A stretch of DNA of 52,891 nt from Akkermansia muciniphila (GTDB lineage: Bacteria; Verrucomicrobiota; Verrucomicrobiia; Limisphaerales; JADLHS01), in assembly GCA_945882065.1 (NCBI GenBank), contig CAMCWI010000002.1, positions 1 through 52,891 of the forward strand, read 5' to 3'. Both the position numbers and the translations under genes were made by a program. Shown one piece after another: positions 46,534-52,891 of the stretch. Each line of letters opens with the position of its first letter. The stretch's first letter is position 1. Under the pieces are notes generated by a model. That model worked only from the letters and a program-made list of their open reading frames with translations, was not told where the DNA came from and did not search any database.

Positions 46534-47892
46534 ATGAAGTCACTGTTGAACCAAATTCTAGTGATGGTGCTCGGTGCGCTTGCGCTCTCCGCTCACGCGG
46601 CGCAGCGGCCCAACATCATCTTTGTTTTCACCGATGACTTCGGCTGGGGCGACCTCGGCAGTTACGGCGGCAAAATGGTGGCGACGCCGAATCTGGATCG
46701 CATGGCGGCAGAGGGCGTCCGCTTCACGCAGTTTTATGTCGCGTCGCCAATCTGCTCGCCGTCGCGCACCGGGGTGACGACGGGAATGTTTCCGGCGCGC
46801 TGGCGGATCACGAGTTACTTGCAGGACCGCAAAGGCAACGCCGCGTGCGGACAGGCGGATTTTCTGGACACGAACGCGCCGAGCGTGGCGCGGTTGCTGC
46901 AATCCAGCGGCTATGCCACGGCGCACTTCGGCAAGTGGCACATGGGCGGCGGACGCGACGTGACGAACGCGCCGCACATCAAAGCCTACGGCTTCGACGA
47001 ATGGGCGAGCACCTGGGAAAGCCCCGATCCGCATCCCGACCTCATGGCGACGAATTGGATCTGGTCGCCGCATGACAAGGTGAAGCGCTGGGATCGCACG
47101 GCGTTCTTCGTGGACTGGACGCTGGACTTTTTGAAGCGCCACACGAACCAGCCTTGCTATGTGAACCTCTGGCCGGATGACACGCACACTCCGTTTGTGC
47201 CAAGCCCGGCACTCAAGGAAAAATACAAAGCCGGAGACGATGCCAACAGCGAGGCGCACTTCAAGGGCGTGCTTGAAGAATACGACCGGCAGATGGGGCG
47301 GTTGCTCGATGGCTTGAAACAGCTTGGCATCGCAACGAACACGCTCGTGGTGTTTACCGGCGACAACGGGCCATCGCCAACGTATCGGCAGAAGCGCACC
47401 GCCGGATTGCGCGGCTCGAAGTTGAGTTTGTATGAAGGCGGCACGCGGCTGCCGTTGATCGTGTGGTGGTCGGGCGCGACGCCCGCAGGCCGGGTGAACG
47501 AACGCACAGTGGTGAACGCGGTGGACTTGCTGCCGACATTTTGCAGGCTGGCGGGCGCGGCGGTGTCGCCGGACATCGCGACGAAACTGGACGGTGAAGA
47601 TTTAAGCACCGCGTTCACTGGCGGCGAACCAAAGCGGAGTTGCGCGATGTTCTGGGAGTATGGGCGCAACAATCAGTCGTTCAAGTATCCGGCAGCAGCT
47701 AGTAACCGAAGTCCCAACGTTGCGGTTCGCGAGGGCGATTGGAAACTGCTGGTGAATGCCGATGGCTCGGACGCGCAACTGTTCGATCTCGGCGCGGATG
47801 TTTTTGAAACGCGAAACGTGGCGGAAGCCAATCCGCAGGTCACCGCTCGCTTGAAGCAGAAGGCCCTTGCGTGGCGGAAGGAATTGCCATAA
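46534..47892 (+). CDS. Sulfatase (S1 family, formylglycine-dependent)
   Basis: Signal MKSLLNQILVMVLGALALSAHA. Contains PNIIFVFTDDFGWGDLGSYGG, CSPSRTGVTTG, GKWHMGG and DNGP. Confidence 0.9.
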   Translation: MKSLLNQILVMVLGALALSAHAAQRPNIIFVFTDDFGWGDLGSYGGKMVATPNLDRMAAEGVRFTQFYVASPICSPSRTGVTTGMFPARWRITSYLQDRKGNAACGQADFLDTNAPSVARLLQSSGYATAHFGKWHMGGGRDVTNAPHIKAYGFDEWASTWESPDPHPDLMATNWIWSPHDKVKRWDRTAFFVDWTLDFLKRHTNQPCYVNLWPDDTHTPFVPSPALKEKYKAGDDANSEAHFKGVLEEYDRQMGRLLDGLKQLGIATNTLVVFTGDNGPSPTYRQKRTAGLRGSKLSLYEGGTRLPLIVWWSGATPAGRVNERTVVNAVDLLPTFCRLAGAAVSPDIATKLDGEDLSTAFTGGEPKRSCAMFWEYGRNNQSFKYPAAASNRSPNVAVREGDWKLLVNADGSDAQLFDLGADVFETRNVAEANPQVTARLKQKALAWRKELP

Positions 47893-47910
47893 AGGCTGAA
47901 CTGTCCTGTT

Positions 47911-49347
47911 ATGAAAACTGCAAAAAAGTCCGTCTCTAAAAACTACGCGCCAGTCGCGTTTCTCTTCGTTGCGATGATGTGCTGCGTCGCGTCGGCACAG
48001 GAGAAGCCGAACTTTGTCGTCATCAACATTGATGACCTGGGTTACGCGGACATCGGGCCGTTCGGCTCGAAGCTCAACCGCACGCCGCAGCTTGACCGCA
48101 TGGCGAAGGAGGGGCGCAAGCTCACTTCGTTTTACGCCGCACCGGTGTGTTCGCCTTCGCGCGCCGCGCTCATGACCGGCTGCTACGCCAAGCGCGCGCT
48201 GCCGATTCCGCACGTGCTTTTTCCCGCCGACGGCATCGGGCTTTCGCCGAAGGAAATCACCGTGGCCGAAGTTTTGAAAAGCGCGGGTTACGCCACGGCG
48301 ATCATCGGCAAGTGGCATCTCGGCGACCAGCCGGAGTGGCTGCCGAACGCGCAGGGCTTCGATCTTCACTTCGGCCTGCCTTACTCCAACGACATGGGGA
48401 CTGCCGGCGACGGGGCGAAGAGCGATCTGGGCAAACCCATCCCGAAACAAAACGGAAAGAGCCAGCCGCCGTTGCCGCTGCTGCGCAACGGGGAAGTCGT
48501 CAAGCGCGTGCTGCCGGACGACCAGCAATCGCTCGTCGAAATCTACACCGACGAAGCGGTGAAATTCATTCAGGAGAAGAAGGGCGTGCCGTTCCTCCTC
48601 TACCTGCCGCATAACGCCGTTCATTTCCCCATTTATCCCGGCAAGAAATGGGCCGGCAAATCGCCAAACGGAATTTACTCCGACTGGGTGGAGGAAGTGG
48701 ATTGGAGTGTGGGCCGCATTCTCGACACGCTCCGTGAAAACGGGCTGGCGGAAAAAACGCTCGTGATTTTCACCTCCGATAACGGCGGCACGCCCCGCGC
48801 GGTCAATGCCCCGTTGCGTGGACATAAAGGCAGCACGCTCGAAGGCGGGATGCGCGTCCCAACCCTCGCGTGGTGGCCCGGCAAAATCCCAGCCGGCACG
48901 GAGACTGATGCCGTCACCGCCATGTTCGACATCCTGCCCACCTTCGCCGCGTTGTCGGATGCCAAACTTCCCACCGACCGCAAACTCGACGGCGTCAGCA
49001 TCTGGCCGCAACTCGCCGGTCTGCCGGACGCCAAGCCCGCGCACGAAACATTCTACTATTACTACGGACTCATTTTGAACGCCGTCCGCCACGGCGACTG
49101 GAAATTGCAAATCGTGCAGGGCAACAAGGCGACGGCGGGAGAAGGATTCACCTCGCAGCTTTACAATTTGAAGACCGACATCGGCGAGAAGCAGGATGTT
49201 GCCGCAGCGAATCCCAAAATCGTGGCGCAACTTCAGGCACTCATTGCCGCGATGAAAGACGACCTCGGCGTGAACGACAAGGGCACTGGCTGCCGCGAAC
49301 TCGCGCGCAAGCCCGATTCAAAACCGCTCATTCCTCATGACAAATAA
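47911..49347 (+). CDS. Sulfatase (S1 family, formylglycine-dependent)
   Basis: Signal-like VAFLFVAMMCCVASA. Contains PNFVVINIDDLGYADIGPFGS, CSPSRAALMTG, GKWHLGD and SDNGG. Confidence 0.9.
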   Translation: MKTAKKSVSKNYAPVAFLFVAMMCCVASAQEKPNFVVINIDDLGYADIGPFGSKLNRTPQLDRMAKEGRKLTSFYAAPVCSPSRAALMTGCYAKRALPIPHVLFPADGIGLSPKEITVAEVLKSAGYATAIIGKWHLGDQPEWLPNAQGFDLHFGLPYSNDMGTAGDGAKSDLGKPIPKQNGKSQPPLPLLRNGEVVKRVLPDDQQSLVEIYTDEAVKFIQEKKGVPFLLYLPHNAVHFPIYPGKKWAGKSPNGIYSDWVEEVDWSVGRILDTLRENGLAEKTLVIFTSDNGGTPRAVNAPLRGHKGSTLEGGMRVPTLAWWPGKIPAGTETDAVTAMFDILPTFAALSDAKLPTDRKLDGVSIWPQLAGLPDAKPAHETFYYYYGLILNAVRHGDWKLQIVQGNKATAGEGFTSQLYNLKTDIGEKQDVAAANPKIVAQLQALIAAMKDDLGVNDKGTGCRELARKPDSKPLIPHDK

Positions 49348-49430
49348 TCACCTGCCATCAGCGGATTGTTCCCAATCCGACCGTCACGGTAATTCGTGCG
49401 TCACTTGGTTTTCGTTCCACATGCCACCGA

Positions 49431-49770
49431 GTGAAGTCGTTCGGCGCTGACAATTTCAACGCGCCTTGAATTTCGGCTGCTCTCTACAGACAAAGTTGGC
49501 TCGCTTCGCTCGAAATGAAGTCAGTTCGCGCTGCACTCCATTCGCGTGCTCATCATTCTAACATTGGTGGGTCGGGCTGCTTCTCTGGTTCGCGAATGTC
49601 GTGGTCAGCAGCCCTTTTGCCCCGCGCGTGTGTGGCGCGTCATCAACGCTCGGATGGTCTTGTTTCAATTCACCGTTGTCGTAACGCCATGCGTCATTGC
49701 GCGGGTCAGGCATCAATATTTGCTGCTATCGCAGATTTATTTGTTGAATTGCTCGTCGCTTCGCGACTCG
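49431..49770 (+). repeat. Copy A of a ~340-420-bp non-coding element (candidate structured RNA or cassette boundary)
   Basis: Collinear with 50982..51405. Shared blocks are (G/A)TGAAGTCGTTCG..GACAATTT(C/G)AACGCG, AGTTCGC..TTCGCGTGCTCA, GGTGGG, GGGTCAGGCATCAAT, GCTATCGC and CTCGTCGCTTC. Hairpin GGGCTGCT (49574-49581) pairs with AGCAGCCC (49607-49614). Long-range pair CCCGCGC (49621-49627) pairs with GCGCGGG (49699-49705). Confidence 0.7.
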
Positions 49771-49806
49771 GTTGTGGAGTGCGTCGGCACGACGACGCTT
49801 TGATCC

Positions 49807-49822
49807 GCGCGACATGTCGCGC
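49807..49822. promoter_or_regulatory. Perfect 16-bp palindrome upstream of mrr (possible operator or hairpin)
   Basis: GCGCGACATGTCGCGC, about 155 bp upstream of the mrr ATG. Its function is unknown. Confidence 0.3.
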
Positions 49823-49976
49823 ATCGCTTGGGGCTTCTGTCCTGCAGTCGCTCGTCTGGCGGTGGCTAGTCGTCACCGGCTGGCTTCGCCCATCACGCCG
49901 TCGCGAGCGCCCAGTCCGAGCCGTGGTTGCCATTATCCGCGTTCTTCAATACGATTCTCTCTAATGCGCTCCAGCT

Positions 49977-50906
49977 ATGCCAATTCCTGATTACCAAACG
50001 ATCATGTTGCCGTTGCTGAAGTTCTGCGGCAGCGCCCCCGGCGAAATTTCCACCCGCACGGCCGTTGATGCATTGGCCACTCAATTCAAGCTGTCCGACG
50101 CAGAACTGCGCGAGATGCTCCCCAGCGGCACGCAACCCACTTTCTCCAACCGGGTGGGCTGGGCCGCAACTTACATGAAGAAAGCCGGGTTGCTCACACC
50201 AACGAGGCGCGGCTTCTATCGCGTCACCGACCAAGGTCGAAAATTCCTCACCACTAATCCTTCGCGCATCGACGCCAAGGTGCTTCGCCAATTTCCCGAG
50301 TTTGTCGACTTCACCAAACTCAAAGGCACGCGCAAGTCTCAGTCCAAGGACCAGACGGTGGACAACGACATCGAGCCAGATGCAACTCCGTCCGAAGCTC
50401 TCGACAACGCATATCAGAGCCTCCGCTCACAGCTCGCAAGCGACATTCTCGACAATCTCAAAAAAGTTGACCCCTCCCACTTTGAACGTGTCGTTGTCGA
50501 GTTGATTGTAAAAATGGGCTACGGCGGATCGCGCGCCGATGCCGGTAAAGCCATCGGCCGTTCCGGCGACGAGGGTATTGATGGTATCATCAAGGAAGAC
50601 AAACTTGGTCTCGACACCATTTACATTCAGGCCAAGCGCCGTGATTCCGCAACCGTTGGCAGGCCCGACGTTCAGCAATTCGCCGGCGCACTCCAGGGAC
50701 AGGGTGCTCACAAAGGCATCTTTATCACCACGTCCCGTTTCACCTTGGAAGCAAAAGATTACGCCCAGCGCATTGGCAGTAAAATCGTTCTCATCGACGG
50801 CGAACAACTCGCCGAGTTGATGATTGATCACGATGTCGGCGTGACTACGGTGTCAACCTATGTGACTAAACGGATCGATTCGGATTTCTTCCTTGAAGAC
50901 ATCTGA
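49977..50906 (+). CDS. mrr: Mrr-family (type IV, modification-dependent) restriction endonuclease
   Basis: The N-terminal winged-helix Mrr_N is MPIPDYQTIMLPLLKF...FSNRVGWAATYMKKAGLL. The C-terminal Mrr_cat has FERVVVELIVKMGYG...GDEGIDGIIKEDKLGLDTIYIQAKRR (D...(Q/E)xK core) ...GIFITTSRFT. Confidence 0.9.
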   Translation: MPIPDYQTIMLPLLKFCGSAPGEISTRTAVDALATQFKLSDAELREMLPSGTQPTFSNRVGWAATYMKKAGLLTPTRRGFYRVTDQGRKFLTTNPSRIDAKVLRQFPEFVDFTKLKGTRKSQSKDQTVDNDIEPDATPSEALDNAYQSLRSQLASDILDNLKKVDPSHFERVVVELIVKMGYGGSRADAGKAIGRSGDEGIDGIIKEDKLGLDTIYIQAKRRDSATVGRPDVQQFAGALQGQGAHKGIFITTSRFTLEAKDYAQRIGSKIVLIDGEQLAELMIDHDVGVTTVSTYVTKRIDSDFFLEDI

Positions 50907-50981
50907 AACTTTCTCGCCCTCTCTGGACCGCCGCCTTAACGCTACTGTCCCGTCACTCGCCGTTCGGAACGCACGCAGCCA

Positions 50982-51405
50982 GATGAAGTCGTTCGTCTTG
51001 GACAATTTGAACGCGTTTTGTTTTTCGTTCACCCACCCCGGTTAAAATCAGCTCGCGTTGCTCAGAGTAAATTTAGTTCGCACTTCGCGTGCTCAGCAAC
51101 GACGAGGCGCGCAACCAGAGTCACGCTTTTTATTTACGTGCATCACCGCCGCGCGCGCGATGCCTGACGCTCGCCCTACCACCTAACGGTGGTGGGCCGG
51201 GCAGCCCGCTCAGGTTTACGAACGTCATCCCCGGCTGCCCTCTCGCTACCCGCGCGCGCGGTGGACGCCTCACCACGCTCGAACGCGCTTGTTCCAATCC
51301 ACCGTTGCGGGTGGCTCGAATGCCTGGCGCGCGCGGGTCAGGCATCAATGTCAGCCGCTATCGCGGAAAGATTGATTGAACTTCTCGTCGCTTCCTCCTC
51401 GCGAG
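50982..51405 (+). repeat. Copy B of the non-coding element, with a ~90-bp extra segment
   Basis: Hairpin GGGCAGCC (51199-51206) pairs with GGCTGCCC (51233-51240). Long-range pair CCCGCGCGCG (51249-51258) pairs with CGCGCGCGGG (51328-51337). An extra outer pair GATGCCTGAC (51159-51168) with GTCAGGCATC (51337-51346) is created by the insert at ~51100-51195. Confidence 0.7.
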
Positions 51406-51439
51406 GGCGAACCTACACTGCGTTGCGGTTCGCCTTTTT
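51406..51439 (+). terminator. Rho-independent terminator at the 3' edge of repeat copy B
   Basis: GGCGAACC (51406-51413) pairs with GGTTCGCC (51427-51434) and is followed by TTTTT (51435-51439). Confidence 0.7.
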
Positions 51440-52092
51440 AGTCTTTCCGAGTTTCAGCATTTTCCCATGGCCTCACAGAGCCGACGCGATTCGCCCAGAT
51501 CACAAGCTCATCGCCTCGGCACTGTTCGGCCCGCGACCGATGACTGACTCGTCAGCTTTGCCGCCGCTGCACTCCACTTCGCGTCCGCTAAAGATGAAGC
51601 AAGCTCCCGCTGCATTCGTTCCGCCGGCTGCAAACTGCCGAGACAGTCAAGAACAGCTCGGTCGCACCCAACGACTCCAAAGGCCGCGAGGCTTCGCCCG
51701 GCCACGACAGCAGCATTATGGGCGCGATGCTCCGCATGTCGCCCAAGGCAACAACTCAGCCATAGCCGTGAGACCGGCGCAGCTTTGCATCGCTGCGCTC
51801 GCAAACAGGCCGGACTCACTGACCAAACAAAGTTAGTCTGAGACTTCGGCGTCAGGCTGCGATCCGGCGGTCGAGCCAGCCCCGACTCCCTCTGGCGTCG
51901 CCCGCTCGGACCTCCGCTCTGCCGCCGAAGACTCAGAAGTTTTGGCTTCGTGCTGGCGCGACTGCGCCGGGCATCGAGTCCAGCAGCCCCGGCACAGGTC
52001 ATCGGCTACGCGGCGGGTTGGCATGAACGACCGGCTCGGCTTACGGTGCTCCTTCGTCCGCGCCTGTGGCCTCGCCTTGCGAACCGGCCAAT

Positions 52093-52220
52093 CAGACAAC
52101 ACACATTGTGCGTTCGTTCCTTCGTGCCTCAGTCACTACTTTATCCTGTTCACCCAAACAATCCTCACTCGTGAGCCTCTTTTGGGTGGGATAAAGCTAC
52201 GCACAATGTGGCGTTGTCTG
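52093..52220. other. 128-nt three-tier imperfect hairpin
   Basis: CAGACAAC (52093-52100) pairs with GTTGTCTG (52213-52220). CACATTGTGCGT (52102-52113) pairs with ACGCACAATGTG (52199-52210). CTTTATCC (52139-52146) pairs with GGATAAAG (52189-52196). CACCCAAA (52151-52158) pairs with TTTGGGTG (52181-52188). That is 36 Watson-Crick pairs in four helices. Confidence 0.75.
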
Positions 52221-52627
52221 CATCGCCGCTGCGGCGCTGTCACACTGACTGCTGATCCGCACCTCGCCTCCGTGCGGGCAGTCAGAGCGCCAGCTTGCAG
52301 GCATCCTTCCCGCCAACACCGCCGCTTCGCCGTTTTGAAAATTAGCCGGGGCATTGTGAGAAAATAATTCCTTCGCTCCGCTCGCGTTGAGTTAGGCGGC
52401 GTCCACGTCGTTACCGCCGCACAGGTTGGCCTCCCGCATTCAGGTCCTTTTTTGCTTCGCGCACCTCTGCTTCGTCTCGTCCTGTCGCCCTCACTGCCTT
52501 GCCGCAATACCAGCCCGCCCACTCGTGGCGACCTTCTGAAGACCACTTCCACGGGGGAGGGCTGGCGGCTCGGCTTTTTCGTGAAGGGCGACACTCCGAA
52601 GACCATCAGCAGAGCAAAAAAAAAGAC

Positions 52628-52891
52628 CATGAATACTACATCACAAAATCAAATCATTAGTTCAGAGCTCAACAACCGATCCCATCAGCAGTCACAGACA
52701 GGGACAGCAGCACCGGAAGGCGCAGCCGCGCCAGAGCGCAAAGACAATCGCTTGCCGATTGATTCGGAAGTGAGGAAGCAGAACCGCACCTTGCCCACAC
52801 CGAAGGTGTTGACCCTTTTGCACCAGCAGTTGCCCGCCGCGTATCGTTTGGCCGAGGTAGTCGGGAAGTGGATTTGGGTTCAGTTCAAGGA
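52628..52891 (+). CDS. Partial (N-terminal) hypothetical protein running off the window
   Basis: Absent from the ORF track because no stop lies in the window. ATG at 52628 follows an A-run. The product is MNTTSQNQIISSELNNRSHQQSQTGTAAPEGAAAPERKDNRLPIDSEVRKQNRTLPTPKVLTLLHQQLPAAYRLAEVVGKWIWVQFK. The end vaguely recalls small conserved proteins of integrative/conjugative elements, from memory only. Confidence 0.45.

Noticed and set aside
47602-49230. 542-aa ORF antisense to the third sulfatase (likewise 46558..47259 - and 45820..46524 +)
   Set aside because: These are shadow or out-of-frame ORFs. The sulfatase frames carry DDxG, C-x-P-x-R and GKWH signatures.
51148-51440. Possible identity of repeat copy B with a known housekeeping RNA (RNase P, tmRNA, 6S, SRP RNA)
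   Set aside because: I could not find the RNase P GGAAAGUCCGG core, a tmRNA tag-ORF/tRNA-like end, or a 6S-like long bulged duplex. The only resemblance to the SRP domain IV sequence is the short GGUCAGG string. Two copies flanking mrr also argue against a housekeeping RNA. An Rfam/Infernal scan is still needed.
51189-51836. 215-aa plus-strand ORF (and 149-aa ORF 49515..49964) covering the mrr-flanking repeats
   Set aside because: Their composition is Arg/Ser/Ala/Pro/Cys-rich with no motif. The ORFs run straight through conserved hairpins and, for copy B, through the intrinsic terminator. The start codon is not conserved between copies (ATG in B is ATA in A). A short stretch near the 3' end does show codon-like substitution, which I kept as a caveat in the corresponding finding.

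Overview
This 52.9-kb chromosomal window is most likely from a Verrucomicrobiota/PVC-type bacterium. That is inferred from a DUF1559 (H-X9-DG) pseudopilin, giant autotransporter-associated beta-strand-repeat proteins, a sulfatase battery and several families of short palindromic repeats. Positions 1-25 kb hold housekeeping genes: pilC, nadB, amtB-glnK, hemY-type oxidase, trmB, ruvC-ruvA, tcdA, fmt, an ABC-2 exporter and a fused ECF sigma. Mixed in are decayed genes: a frameshifted D-xylonate-dehydratase-like gene, a truncated FAH gene, a stop-codon-riddled serine hydrolase, a ParE toxin stub and transposase stubs. REP/MITE-like hairpins are also present, and two sit in frame inside intact genes. 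Positions 25.8-49.3 kb look like a sulfated-polysaccharide utilisation locus. It has a Y_Y_Y sensor kinase and NarL-type regulator and a 1090-aa surface repeat protein. After a terminator comes a tightly packed ~16-kb operon: pseudopilin, secreted hydrolase-like protein, GH79-like enzyme, a 2458-aa PA14/heparinase-II/III/repeat giant and three formylglycine-type sulfatases. Positions 49.35-52.9 kb are the most unusual part. This gene-poor tail contains an mrr restriction gene bracketed by two diverged direct copies of a ~340-420-bp non-coding element whose stems carry compensatory substitutions. Copy B ends in an intrinsic terminator. About 1.2 kb of C-rich ORF-less DNA follows, with a 128-nt three-tier hairpin, then a partial unknown gene. 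I found no rRNA, tRNA or CRISPR array.
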